A stretch of DNA of 64,000 nucleotides from the IMG/VR virus record IMGVR_UViG_3300026097_001223, positions 64,001 through 128,000 of that record; one strand, written 5' to 3'. A program made the translations under genes and the position numbers. This DNA is from a virus. Below are positions 39,103 to 49,104 of the stretch, piece after piece (the stretch's first letter is position 1; each line of letters starts with the position of its first letter). The notes under the pieces were generated by a model. The model saw only the letters and a program-made list of their open reading frames with translations, ran no database searches and was not told the origin of the DNA.

Positions 39103-40015
39103 GGTGTACTCAGCTAACGAATGGGCACCGCTGGAAAGCATTGTGGTAGGCAGTGCACTGGGTGCTTGTTGGCCCGATCAAGATCCTGTGTTTCAGTTGG
39201 AAAAAGATCGCACCCTGTGGAAAAAATCACCCTTGCCCAGCGGCCCAGTTGCACCTCATGTGATTGAAGAAAGTGAAGAAGACCTCGATGCTCTTGCTGA
39301 TATACTGGAAAAGCAAGGCGTAACAGTGCATAGGCCGCAACACCGGGACTTTGAAAAAACCAATGGCATGTACAATTATTGTCCTAGAGACCGACTGTTA
39401 GTAGCCGATGCAACAGTTGTAGACTGTGCCATGATGTACCCTAGTAGAGATCAAGAAATAGAAACATTAAGTCATGTTCTTGAAGATGTGCCAGTGATTA
39501 AAATGCCAAGAGATTCAGGCATGGTGTTGGATGCAGCAAACGTTTGTCGGTTAGGCGACACCTGGTTGTTCCTTGAAAGCAACAGTGGCAATCAAGCTGC
39601 ATATCAATGGTTATGCGAGCAGTTTCCAGAAAAAAACATTGAAAAAGTAAACTTTTATGCTGGTGTGCACATCGACAGTACTATTTGTGCTATTAGCGAT
39701 AGCACAGTGTTGGTTAACTCACAGCGTGTAAAGCTCGATCAGTTACCCGAAGCACTGTCTGATTGGAATATCATATGGGTCGATGATGTTGTAGCACAAG
39801 ACTTTTATGAATACCCTTATGCCAGCAAATGGATTGCTATGAATGTGTTAAGCGTTGACCCAGGTACAGTTGTGGTGGATCGCAAACAAGATCGCTTAAT
39901 AAATACATTAGAAAGAAATAATTTCACAGTGATCCCCCATGAGCTGAGACACAGTAGAACACTAGGCGGAGGGTTCCATTGTGTAACCCTGGACCTAAAG
40001 AGGCGACATGTCTGA
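39089..40015 (+). CDS. Amidinotransferase (glycine/inosamine-phosphate amidinotransferase family)
   Basis: NEWAPLE, YCPRD, LDAAN, HIDST, GGGFHCVTLD. Confidence 0.9.
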   Translation: MKLPKVYSANEWAPLESIVVGSALGACWPDQDPVFQLEKDRTLWKKSPLPSGPVAPHVIEESEEDLDALADILEKQGVTVHRPQHRDFEKTNGMYNYCPRDRLLVADATVVDCAMMYPSRDQEIETLSHVLEDVPVIKMPRDSGMVLDAANVCRLGDTWLFLESNSGNQAAYQWLCEQFPEKNIEKVNFYAGVHIDSTICAISDSTVLVNSQRVKLDQLPEALSDWNIIWVDDVVAQDFYEYPYASKWIAMNVLSVDPGTVVVDRKQDRLINTLERNNFTVIPHELRHSRTLGGGFHCVTLDLKRRHV

Positions 40016-42005
40016 CCAAGAAGCATTAAAAAAACTATTAGATTCTGAAGAAGTACAACAACAGATTCGTATTGCAATCAATCAGATTGTAAATCAGCAC
40101 GTGAGCACTTCGCTGTCGCAAACAGACATTGATACTGCTGTTGATAGACACTTGGCAAAAAGAATACGTTTTAACAAAGATACTGTACTGGATAGTTTTC
40201 CTGGTATACAGGATAGCAGCACTAAACCAGAACTAACCATCTTGCCAGACAATGTTGTTGTTGAATCTACATTGATTGCAAAAAATATTGAATCAATGGA
40301 AACAGCTAAACTTGAAAATCTAGAAGTAAACGGAGAATTAAAGTTCAACGGCGATTCATTGGTCAGCACCGGGAACAATAGCAAACTGCTGGATTATATT
40401 ACAAAATCGATCACTGCCGGCATAGATCAAACAGTTGTATCTGGTATAACTGACTCAGTAAAAAACAGTATAACAAACGAAGTAATAACCAAAGCCAGAC
40501 TGGAATACAATAAAACAGTAAAAGATATAGTCGAACAAGAAATACCTTTGTTGCTCAATACTGCGGAAGTTGAGCAGAAAATTGATACACTGAGCAACCA
40601 AATTATAAATCAGCTGGTTAACCGTACGGTGGAATCCACTGATATTGCTAACCTAGTAAAGCAAAATGTCGACCGTGCAGTTCGCATAAATCGAGAATCT
40701 CTTAAAACTTCATTCCCAGGTATTGATGACAATGCTGACAGTGTAGAGCTTACACTGTTACCTGACACTGTTGTTGCAGAAAACAGTTTGGTAGCCAAAA
40801 ATCTAGAAATAATAGAACATGCTAAAGTACAGGATTTAGAAATTGCTGGCAATATCCTGTTCAATGGCAATGCTTTTGTTAATCGCGGTGACAATCGTGC
40901 ACTGATTGAAGAAATAACTCGCAGTCTCACAGCCGGCTTAGATAAAAAAATCCTAGACAGTATCAGTACCGAAGTAAAAGAAAAAATCAATCAACGTGTG
41001 CTGGAGAAAGGACAACTGGAGTTCAGTGCAACCATTCGCGATGTAGTTGAGCAAGAGCTTCCAGCCTTTTTAGCCGGTGACGCGGTTGATGCTAAAGTGG
41101 ATGCACTGCTACCCCAAATTCTCAACCAGAACATTGAACGCACAATTAAATCTGCAGATGTACCGAAATTGGTAAATCAAGCAGTCACACGCACAATGAC
41201 ACTGAACAAGAGTCAATTAAACAAGATGTATCCGGGCATCGAAGATCAAAGTGAAGAAGTCAGTTTAACTCTGATGCCAGGTGTGGTTGTTAATGAAAAT
41301 GACTTTGTAAGTAAAAACATAGAAGTAGTGGGTGATCTATCTGCTAAGACCGCTACTGTGAACAGTTTAACAGTGGTAGACAATTTGAATGTTCAAGGCG
41401 TGGCCTGGGACGGAATCACTGAGCAGATTACAGCCGCAGTAAAAACAAGAGTACAAGATCAGTGGCAAGACACTGTAACTGACAAAGTTACAGCACAGAT
41501 TGCTAAAACAGGCATTAACATCAATAGTGCAATCATAGACGGTCAGCCGTTGATAAACAATGGACGATTGCATGACACTGTGGTTGAAACTGCGCCTCTA
41601 AGAAAGCTTGAAGTAAACGGCACTGCAAATATTAACAATGTTACAATAACAAAAACTCGTCTTGGCATTGGCACAAACAGTCCAGAACGCAGTCTCAGTG
41701 TGTGGGACGAAGAAGTAAGTGTTGTTGTTGGCAAGCACAAGACTAATACTGCCTTCGTTGGTACCAACAGAGATCAGGAGCTACAAATTGGCACAAACAA
41801 CAAAGGACAGTTGATTGTTAAACAAGACGGCACTGTTAGTGTGCCCAAGTTAGTTGTCGGCAAAAATCAAATTGGACACACTGACACTGTGCCAAATTGG
41901 AGCGGTACCAAAGGTGATATTATGTTTAACAGTAATCCAGGAAACGGACAATCATTTATCTGGATCTGTCTTGGCGCATACAGATGGCAAGGATTTGGCG
42001 AATGA
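40008..42005 (+). CDS. Hypothetical protein with three 172-aa repeats and a fibre-like C-terminus
   Basis: FPGI/FPGI/YPGI at aa 64, 236 and 408, each followed by (E/S)LT.(L/M)P..V.....(I/V).KN(I/L)E. Confidence 0.7.
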   Translation: MSDQEALKKLLDSEEVQQQIRIAINQIVNQHVSTSLSQTDIDTAVDRHLAKRIRFNKDTVLDSFPGIQDSSTKPELTILPDNVVVESTLIAKNIESMETAKLENLEVNGELKFNGDSLVSTGNNSKLLDYITKSITAGIDQTVVSGITDSVKNSITNEVITKARLEYNKTVKDIVEQEIPLLLNTAEVEQKIDTLSNQIINQLVNRTVESTDIANLVKQNVDRAVRINRESLKTSFPGIDDNADSVELTLLPDTVVAENSLVAKNLEIIEHAKVQDLEIAGNILFNGNAFVNRGDNRALIEEITRSLTAGLDKKILDSISTEVKEKINQRVLEKGQLEFSATIRDVVEQELPAFLAGDAVDAKVDALLPQILNQNIERTIKSADVPKLVNQAVTRTMTLNKSQLNKMYPGIEDQSEEVSLTLMPGVVVNENDFVSKNIEVVGDLSAKTATVNSLTVVDNLNVQGVAWDGITEQITAAVKTRVQDQWQDTVTDKVTAQIAKTGININSAIIDGQPLINNGRLHDTVVETAPLRKLEVNGTANINNVTITKTRLGIGTNSPERSLSVWDEEVSVVVGKHKTNTAFVGTNRDQELQIGTNNKGQLIVKQDGTVSVPKLVVGKNQIGHTDTVPNWSGTKGDIMFNSNPGNGQSFIWICLGAYRWQGFGE

Positions 42006-42571
42006 TCACTCGTTCAGCATGGATACTAGACGACAACAGCATCAAGCGTAAGAGCTATGATTTTGATGACATGCGAGCAGTGGGCCCATTGTGGGGAGGA
42101 CCGGCTACTTTTCAAGAATGGTACACTGACAACATTGTTAGCATGGATTTGCCCACTAACAAACAGTTGATAGCAAGAAAAATGCACAGCAACACCAATC
42201 TTCATGTACCCAAAGATCAAAATGCTGGCCTTGATCGCCCTGGCGGTGTTAGGCTGTTCGAACACGACTACAAAGAAACTTTTATACATCAAGATCAACT
42301 GTGTTGTATGATGCTGATAGCTGACTTTCACGACATCTTGTTGCTCATGCATTTCAAAGTTGCACCTGACATCACAGGAGATAAACTGCACGATCGCAAT
42401 GAAAAAATGTATATCAGAGAACTTAAACACGCAATAGAATCATATCCAGAAACACAGTTTGTTGCAATCGACGTCGGTGATGATGTAGATGAAAGTTTAC
42501 TAGAACTTGATAATTTCACTTGCGATACCTACAAAAATGTGTTAGAGTTGTTGTTAGACAACGACGACTAA
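42002..42571 (+). CDS. Hypothetical protein
   Basis: About 189 aa, ATGA overlap. Confidence 0.6.
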   Translation: MITRSAWILDDNSIKRKSYDFDDMRAVGPLWGGPATFQEWYTDNIVSMDLPTNKQLIARKMHSNTNLHVPKDQNAGLDRPGGVRLFEHDYKETFIHQDQLCCMMLIADFHDILLLMHFKVAPDITGDKLHDRNEKMYIRELKHAIESYPETQFVAIDVGDDVDESLLELDNFTCDTYKNVLELLLDNDD

Positions 42572-42581
42572 GGATAGGTAT

Positions 42582-43658
42582 ATGCACCCACGTGTAGGGT
42601 TCTGTTGCAAGTATTTGCATCCAGATCAAACTCAATCTAAAAAGCTGTTAGAAGAAATTCAGCGCCCATTAACTGAACGGTGTACAACTGTGGCCTGGCT
42701 TAATCGTCAAACTCGCGAAGATGCAGAACAGCGTCTTTGGGATCTCATGGTTCATAACACACAGGCATGTTTGAATCTGGTAAACTATGTAGGAGGATTA
42801 CCAAATGAGCTTCGAATGGTTCGACTGGGTAGTAATCAGTTGCCTATGTACACTGAGCCTAGCTGGCGCTATTTTTGGCAGTTACCTAGTGTACGTGAGT
42901 ATTGCGAAAAAGCATTTGCTCGTGTCGGTGACGCCGCTCGTAGACAGAATGTTAGGATCAGCTTTCATCCTGGGCAGTTTTGTGTGCTTGCTAGCGATAG
43001 TGATAGTATTGTAGAACGCAGTATAGAGGAGTTTGAATATCATGCCGATATGGCCAGGTGGATGGGTTACGGTCGTTCCTTCCAGGACTTTAAAATCAAC
43101 GTACACATATCGGGTCGAAAAGGTCCACAAGGCATCAAAGAGGCTCTCCCAAGACTCAGCACCGAAGCACGAAACTGCATCACAATCGAAAACGATGAAT
43201 GCGGATGGGGATTGGATGCCAGCCTCGAATTGGCTAAAGATTTGGCGCTCGTACTAGACATACATCATCATTGGGTAAGAGAAGGCGAATATATTGATGT
43301 GGATGACGATAGGGTTAAGCGTGTTATTGACAGCTGGCGTGGTGTACGCCCTGCATGTCATTACAGCGTGTCAAGGGAAGACTACTTGGATGGGCATTCA
43401 AGCACGGTCCGGCCGGATATGGCTGCACTGCTTGCTGCTGGATACAAAAAACAAAAACTGAGAGCGCACAGTGATTTCTATTGGAATCATGCTGTGAGCG
43501 AATGGGCTGCTACGTTCAGTGAATACTTTGATATTCAGTGCGAAAGCAAGATGAAAAATCTAGCCAGTCACCCGTTTGCTAAAGACTATGTGATGACAGC
43601 GGAATCAACGTGCGAAAGTCTTCGTCGCGAATCCGATCTAGCTCTTTGTTATAGTTAA
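42582..43658 (+). CDS. uvsE: UV-damage endonuclease
   Basis: RVGFCCK, RISFHPGQFCVLAS, NVHISG, ITIENDE, VLDIHHH, RAHSD. Confidence 0.92.
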   Translation: MHPRVGFCCKYLHPDQTQSKKLLEEIQRPLTERCTTVAWLNRQTREDAEQRLWDLMVHNTQACLNLVNYVGGLPNELRMVRLGSNQLPMYTEPSWRYFWQLPSVREYCEKAFARVGDAARRQNVRISFHPGQFCVLASDSDSIVERSIEEFEYHADMARWMGYGRSFQDFKINVHISGRKGPQGIKEALPRLSTEARNCITIENDECGWGLDASLELAKDLALVLDIHHHWVREGEYIDVDDDRVKRVIDSWRGVRPACHYSVSREDYLDGHSSTVRPDMAALLAAGYKKQKLRAHSDFYWNHAVSEWAATFSEYFDIQCESKMKNLASHPFAKDYVMTAESTCESLRRESDLALCYS

Positions 43659-44724
43659 CCTGTGTTTGCCACAGCGCAGGGTCAAACTTGTGCTGTGCAA
43701 TCTGCTTCCGAAGCTGTTCAAGCCATACACGGCTATCCTCAAAGCTTTCAACAGCAATAGTTTGATCTAAATTTTCTAGTACCATGGGTTTAAGATCGTC
43801 GGGCCAATTAACTGGATTCATAAACTCGGGCATCCACACAGATTTTGCAGTTTGCTTACATATATGTCCTCGGGCATGTTTTTCATGGCGTATGTCTGAT
43901 ATGTATTTTTGTAAAGGACCTAGATGCAATAGGTTGAGATTACTGACAGTGGTATTAAATACCACACTTTTTCCTACTTGAACAATCTTCTTGATATTTT
44001 TATCAACTTCTGTCCAGTTAGTGCCGTGTCTTATTATTTCGGCTTGTTCGCCTACAGCATCCAAACTGATTGCCCACGCTAGATAATATCCTAGCTTTTC
44101 TGACATTTCCTGCCAAAAGTCGTCAAACACACTGCCGTTTGTGATCATAACTATACGGCGATCCTTTTCTTTGGCGTTGGACAGTTGATACACAAGGTTT
44201 TTTACCTCGTCTATCAAGGTGGGTTCTCCACCGGCAAGTGTTACAATTTGCAGTTGTTCAATGTTGTCAGCAATCCAGGTTTGATTTTTGCTATTATTGA
44301 ATACCAACTTGCTGTTTACAGGAGGCTGTAGATTTTTTATATAGTCGCTTTGTTTTAAATCAGCTAACCAGGCACTGCTTGCACCTGCATAGCAACTACG
44401 ACACTTGAAATTACAAAGATTGTTACTGCGATAATCAAACTCAGTAATATTAGTTTCTGTATAAAAGTCAGGATGGTCCTCTAGACCTTTTTGTCTTGTA
44501 CTAGAAAACCCATTTTCTTCCTGTTTTTTGCAAAATCTGCAGTCGTTATCAACCTCGCCACGCAAAAACTTTTGTTGTAATTGCTCTAGTTCATCGCTAG
44601 CCAACCATTCGTCGATACTGCCAGTAAATCGTTTTGCGTAGCTACAGCAAGGTTTTACCCCATCGTGCTCGCTGTAAACACTGCGGAACGGCATCGGGCA
44701 ATACCATTGAGAATCGGACATCAT
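43579..44724 (-). CDS. Radical SAM protein with N-terminal SPASM/twitch-like Cys cluster
   Basis: YCPMPF...KPCC...CRFC, CNFKCRSC, AGGEPTL, TNGS, SLD. Confidence 0.85.
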   Translation of the reverse strand: MMSDSQWYCPMPFRSVYSEHDGVKPCCSYAKRFTGSIDEWLASDELEQLQQKFLRGEVDNDCRFCKKQEENGFSSTRQKGLEDHPDFYTETNITEFDYRSNNLCNFKCRSCYAGASSAWLADLKQSDYIKNLQPPVNSKLVFNNSKNQTWIADNIEQLQIVTLAGGEPTLIDEVKNLVYQLSNAKEKDRRIVMITNGSVFDDFWQEMSEKLGYYLAWAISLDAVGEQAEIIRHGTNWTEVDKNIKKIVQVGKSVVFNTTVSNLNLLHLGPLQKYISDIRHEKHARGHICKQTAKSVWMPEFMNPVNWPDDLKPMVLENLDQTIAVESFEDSRVWLEQLRKQIAQHKFDPALWQTQVNYNKELDRIRDEDFRTLIPLSSHSL

Positions 44725-44993
44725 TTTGCTAGACTTTTTACCTGGGCTACTAGATCGGCTTTCTTTTTACGTCGGTCAATGTCTACATCAAAATTTTCTT
44801 TTGCGTAGGTTTCTAATTCGGCTTTGGTCATTTTGTCTAAATCCGCTTTAGGCTTTTGCGTGTTGTTTACACCGTGAATGTCAGCAACATGGCCGAGTAA
44901 CGGCTCTGGAGTTGTAGTAGGCGCAGTTTTTTCGGGTTGCGTATACAAGCCATCATCGGTACTAGTAAATAATTTTTTTAGCCATCCAAACAT
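44721..44993 (-). CDS. Small protein with amphipathic N-terminus and Rho-N/HeH-like C-terminus
   Basis: MFGWLKKLF start. LDKMTKAELETYAKE...RKKKADLV. TAAATA and SD upstream. Confidence 0.6.
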   Translation of the reverse strand: MFGWLKKLFTSTDDGLYTQPEKTAPTTTPEPLLGHVADIHGVNNTQKPKADLDKMTKAELETYAKENFDVDIDRRKKKADLVAQVKSLAK

Positions 44994-45060
44994 TTTGTTG
45001 TTCCTTCTGTTATGGGATATTTACCTTGATATTTTTTAGTGCAAAAAGATAAGAAAAATG

Positions 45061-45089
45061 TTGCAATGCACAAAAATATCATATATACT
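45061..45089 (+). promoter_or_regulatory. sigma70-type promoter
   Basis: TTGCAA-N17-TATACT. SD AAGGAG before 45118. Confidence 0.65.
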
Positions 45090-45117
45090 TGCAACTTAAA
45101 CATTAAAGGAGAACCAC

Positions 45118-45354
45118 ATGTTTGATTTTGAAAAAGCCCGTGAAATGATGAATGTAGATCAATACACAAAAACAGTTAACACAGCGGTAGATACTGCCAT
45201 TGACCAGATGGAAGCATCTAGCAATGCATTTGCCGGATACATCACCGACAACAAAGCCAAAAGCTTTTTTGAAGCAGTCACTGAAGCACAGTATTCAACT
45301 GTACGCACTGCTATCAGCAACTATCGTTTGGCTGTAAAGTCAATTTCCATCTAA
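45118..45354 (+). CDS. Small helical protein, possibly phasin-like
   Basis: 78 aa, amphipathic helices, strong SD. Confidence 0.5.
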   Translation: MFDFEKAREMMNVDQYTKTVNTAVDTAIDQMEASSNAFAGYITDNKAKSFFEAVTEAQYSTVRTAISNYRLAVKSISI

Positions 45355-45371
45355 CCTTTACAAATAAAAGG

Positions 45372-45400
45372 TTGACAATGTTGTCAGTCTCCTTTATTAT
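45372..45400 (+). promoter_or_regulatory. sigma70-type early promoter
   Basis: AAAAGG-TTGACA-N17-TATTAT-AATAAT. Inverted repeat TGACAA-TG-TTGTCA over the -35. Confidence 0.8.
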
Positions 45401-45431
45401 AATAATATAACGTGTTAAAGGAGACTAGACA

Positions 45432-45722
45432 ATGAATTCACGTGTTAAAGCCGCAGTTGATGCAATCAACGCACTTGAAAACTTTAATGAGTTACGTAAC
45501 ATATATACAGCAGTTCGTCAAAAAGAAACCCGCCTGAGCCGCAACAATATTCGCAGCATTGTAAAAGGTTCTGATGTTGAATTTACAGCCCGCAATGGCA
45601 CTGTTGTACGTGGCGTTGTAACCAAAGTAAATCGTAAAACTGTTGAAGTAGTTCAAGCAGGTGCTACACCTTTCGGTCGCACAACCTACAAGGTTCCTGC
45701 TAGTATGTTAACTGTAGTTTAA
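45432..45722 (+). CDS. Early hypothetical protein (SH3-like C-terminus)
   Basis: 96 aa, SD AAAGGAG. Confidence 0.7.
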   Translation: MNSRVKAAVDAINALENFNELRNIYTAVRQKETRLSRNNIRSIVKGSDVEFTARNGTVVRGVVTKVNRKTVEVVQAGATPFGRTTYKVPASMLTVV

Positions 45723-45734
45723 AGAGGAGTTATT

Positions 45735-46397
45735 ATGAATAAGTCAATCCTAGCTGTAGCTCTTGCGAGCACTGTACTTGCTGGTTGTTCCAGCTTGAAT
45801 CCACTGAGCAACAACACTGTTGTTCAACAACCTGATAGCAACATGACTGCTGTAAAAGAACGCACTGTCGGTCTTGAATTCGACGAAGATGTTAAAATTG
45901 TGTACACCACGTTTGGCAATCTCAAGCGCATTGAAGTATTGGGCCGTGCACCAAGTTGGAAGGCACAAGCACCAGTGATGGCAGAAATAGATGCCAAAGA
46001 AAAGATGGTGCGATTCATGTACGAAGAAGACGTGTCCAGTGAACGCCGTGTGAACATTGTTGCTCGTTCGTTGGAAAAGGCCACTGACAATGCTGTAAAT
46101 CGCATGGACGGTACCGCTGTTGAATACAGTGCCGCAGAGCTAGAAGGCGAAGTCGCACAAGGTGCAACTCCGGGCCAAGACAACACCAGTCGCCGGATTG
46201 CCGAAACTGTAGAAAATACCACAGTGAATGTACTGAAAACAAGCACTGCCAGCGGTAAACTGCGTGGATTTATTAAAACCAAAAGCTACGAGACCAAGGC
46301 TAAAAACGGCGACACATACTTTGTGGTAAAGTATGAATGGAGTGAGGACAACGTAGATGTTGCAAATCAAGTTCGTGCTAAGATGTTTGGTAACTGA
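45735..46397 (+). CDS. Lipoprotein (LPP20-like)
   Basis: Lipobox LAGC after a hydrophobic signal. SD GAGGAG. Confidence 0.75.
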   Translation: MNKSILAVALASTVLAGCSSLNPLSNNTVVQQPDSNMTAVKERTVGLEFDEDVKIVYTTFGNLKRIEVLGRAPSWKAQAPVMAEIDAKEKMVRFMYEEDVSSERRVNIVARSLEKATDNAVNRMDGTAVEYSAAELEGEVAQGATPGQDNTSRRIAETVENTTVNVLKTSTASGKLRGFIKTKSYETKAKNGDTYFVVKYEWSEDNVDVANQVRAKMFGN

Positions 46398-46398
46398 T

Positions 46399-47454
46399 AT
46401 GAAAAAGCTGTTTGCCGGCATGCTGTTAGGGTTGAGTTTGATCTCAACCCATGCAGTAGCAATTGACCCGCAGTGGGCCAGTGTTATTGTTAATGCAGGA
46501 CGCTGGATGTATCTCTATAACGCAGAGAACGAACAACAGCGAGCATATCAAATTCGTGTACAAGGTGTCGGTGCCACTGAACAGCAAGCAAGACAACAGG
46601 CATTTGCACTGGCAGTAGAACAAGCCGTGGGCACACTGTTAGTAAGTGAAACCGAAGTTGACGTCAACGACGTTGTAAGACGCGATCTACTGAACTACAG
46701 CAGTGGTTATATCTACAACTTCAAGTATGTGTCCAGAACACAGAGTGCGCAGGGTGTACGGCTGGTAATAGATGTTTGGGTACAAGAAAGCGACATCGCA
46801 GAACGCATTGCTACGATCAGCCGTGACAAGAGCAAACTGGAAGGCAACCGAATCAGCAACACGCTTGCCAGTATCGAAAAAGAACAAGCGTCTGGAGACC
46901 GTTTGCTGGAAATCGTGCTTAACGATTTTCCGAGTAAGAGCTACGAAATAAAAACTACACGACTAGAATACACTGTAGAAAACCGTGTACCTTATCTGAA
47001 TGTCAGTTATAATATCAGTTGGAAAGAAGGCTACATAGACAGTCTCAAAGATACACTGCGTAGAGTAGGTGTTCGCAGTAGACTTGCTGATAACGATCCA
47101 GGCATGCTGTTTGTGGATACAGACTGTGTATTCTGTCGCAACGAAGGATACGCAACTGATAGCACCCGCGGTCGTAAAATGGTTGTGAACACATTTTATA
47201 AACAACCACACTTGTTGGTGACCATCTTTAACAGCAACCGTGTACCAGTAGCAGAACAGTGTTGGTGGTTTCCAAATCTAGGCGGCGACACAGCAGACGT
47301 ATTGCTTAATGCCGATATGCAAAAGGTTCGTGTGTATCCTGAGCAAACGCTATATAACACTATGAAGATGGATATCTCTGCCTACGACGTAGAAGACATG
47401 CACAGTGTTGAACTCAACATTGTAAGCAAAAACAACTGCCCGGAGTTGCAATGA
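46399..47454 (+). CDS. Secreted protein with LPP20/FlgT-N-like domain
   Basis: Signal peptide MKKLFAGMLLGLSLISTHAVA. VQGVGATEQQARQQAFALAVEQAVG. Confidence 0.65.
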   Translation: MKKLFAGMLLGLSLISTHAVAIDPQWASVIVNAGRWMYLYNAENEQQRAYQIRVQGVGATEQQARQQAFALAVEQAVGTLLVSETEVDVNDVVRRDLLNYSSGYIYNFKYVSRTQSAQGVRLVIDVWVQESDIAERIATISRDKSKLEGNRISNTLASIEKEQASGDRLLEIVLNDFPSKSYEIKTTRLEYTVENRVPYLNVSYNISWKEGYIDSLKDTLRRVGVRSRLADNDPGMLFVDTDCVFCRNEGYATDSTRGRKMVVNTFYKQPHLLVTIFNSNRVPVAEQCWWFPNLGGDTADVLLNADMQKVRVYPEQTLYNTMKMDISAYDVEDMHSVELNIVSKNNCPELQ

Positions 47455-47690
47455 GCGAACAACCCCTTTGGTTTAACAAAATCACAGGACAGTGGGAACC
47501 TCGTATAAAAATTGACAGCGAGGAGTTTTGGGTGCGTCATGTAGAATACCAACAGTCGCCCTATCAACAGTGGCGTGAAAACATGGTATACAAAGATACT
47601 GTGATGATGGAAAGTATAGAACAAGAATTAGATGCAATGACTCGATATCCAGCTGCTGAAAAAATATGGAACAAGATTAAATCCACATGA
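47451..47690 (+). CDS. Hypothetical protein
   Basis: 79 aa, ATGA overlaps at both ends. Confidence 0.6.
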   Translation: MSEQPLWFNKITGQWEPRIKIDSEEFWVRHVEYQQSPYQQWRENMVYKDTVMMESIEQELDAMTRYPAAEKIWNKIKST

Positions 47691-47917
47691 CACCCCAAGA
47701 AATATTTGAATATCGACTGAAATGGAAGCCTGGCACTTGTGTAGCTGTGCACAGTGACTTGGAAAATCGTGCTAAAACTTGGTGCAATAAAAACGTGCCC
47801 AAGCATCAGTGGACCACAGTAGAATACACAGATGTGTATGAGCATACCTACTGTTTTGAGTCTGTTGAGGCTGCAGAACAGTTTAACATAGAGTTTCAAG
47901 ATTGGATAACAAACTAA
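47687..47917 (+). CDS. Hypothetical protein
   Basis: 76 aa, ATGA overlap. Confidence 0.65.
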   Translation: MTPQEIFEYRLKWKPGTCVAVHSDLENRAKTWCNKNVPKHQWTTVEYTDVYEHTYCFESVEAAEQFNIEFQDWITN

Positions 47918-49104
47918 GTTGCCCTTGGGCTGAACAAGGTTTAGCATTGCACAACACCGGCAGGGCTCTGCTGTGTTGTCACAGTCGTAGCTATTTAGAA
48001 GACGACAACGGTGATTGGATCTATTGGCACAGTCACACTCTTGATGATGCGTGGAACAGCAAAACACGTCATGAAATAATTGACAGTTTGGCACAAGGCA
48101 TTGAGCATCCAAACTGTGATGCATGTTGGCAAGAAGAACGTGTTGGCCGTAAAAGTCGTCGTATTGTAGCCAAGGAACAATTTGATTTGCCGCCGGCTGA
48201 CTCACCAAAACTAGTCGATCTTAAACTAGGCAACACCTGTAATCTTGCATGTACCATGTGCTGGCCTGAAGTAAGTTCAAAATGGCTTGCTGACTATTAT
48301 CATGTATACGAAGATCCAAATATTATCTACAGTGACTACAAACAACGCTGGGCTAGTATACAAAAAAGTTATGACCGAGAAAATCACCAGCTTTGGGACG
48401 ATTTAAAGCGCATTTTGCCAAATGCCGAACACTTGGATATTTTTGGTGCTGAGCCATTTTTGTTGGATAGACTATGGGATATACTAAAATGGAATGTAGA
48501 ATTAGGGCATAGCAAAAACCAAACTTTGCATATTAATACAAATACTACCATCTGGCGGGATGATTATGTTAATATCCTATCACATTATAAAAAAGTATCC
48601 GTGGATCTAAGCATAGACGCTACTGATCACTTATTTGAATACATACGTTATGGAGCTGAATGGCAGATTGTTCAAAAAAATATACAAAAATGGGCCGCTA
48701 TAAAAAAAACAAATAAAAATATTAATGTAGCACTGTGCGTGACTGTAACAAACACTAATGTGTTTGATCTAGATAATATATACTTAAAACTAAGAGAATA
48801 TGGTCTTGCCTTCTTCCTTAACATTGTTCATATGCCTGTGCATCAGTGTATTCGGAGTATGCCTAGCCAGCTGAAAACAATAATTAATAATAAATTACGA
48901 GATAATATTGACAACCTGGGATACAAACGTGAAGTAGAAAGTTTGTTAAATTTTATGATGCTGGACGACCCAGATCAAGAAGCCAATTGGCAAGAATGGT
49001 TGCGAAGCACATATGAGTTGGAAAAAAGAAGAGGCAATAGCTTGCGTAAGGCCGCTCCAGAATTTATCTCAGTGCTCGACCGACTGGGTTACCATCTTCC
49101 TTGA
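47902..49104 (+). CDS. Radical SAM protein with N-terminal SPASM/twitch-like Cys cluster
   Basis: SCPW...LCC...CDACW, CNLACTMC, FGAEPFL, NTN, SID. Confidence 0.85.
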   Translation: MDNKLSCPWAEQGLALHNTGRALLCCHSRSYLEDDNGDWIYWHSHTLDDAWNSKTRHEIIDSLAQGIEHPNCDACWQEERVGRKSRRIVAKEQFDLPPADSPKLVDLKLGNTCNLACTMCWPEVSSKWLADYYHVYEDPNIIYSDYKQRWASIQKSYDRENHQLWDDLKRILPNAEHLDIFGAEPFLLDRLWDILKWNVELGHSKNQTLHINTNTTIWRDDYVNILSHYKKVSVDLSIDATDHLFEYIRYGAEWQIVQKNIQKWAAIKKTNKNINVALCVTVTNTNVFDLDNIYLKLREYGLAFFLNIVHMPVHQCIRSMPSQLKTIINNKLRDNIDNLGYKREVESLLNFMMLDDPDQEANWQEWLRSTYELEKRRGNSLRKAAPEFISVLDRLGYHLP

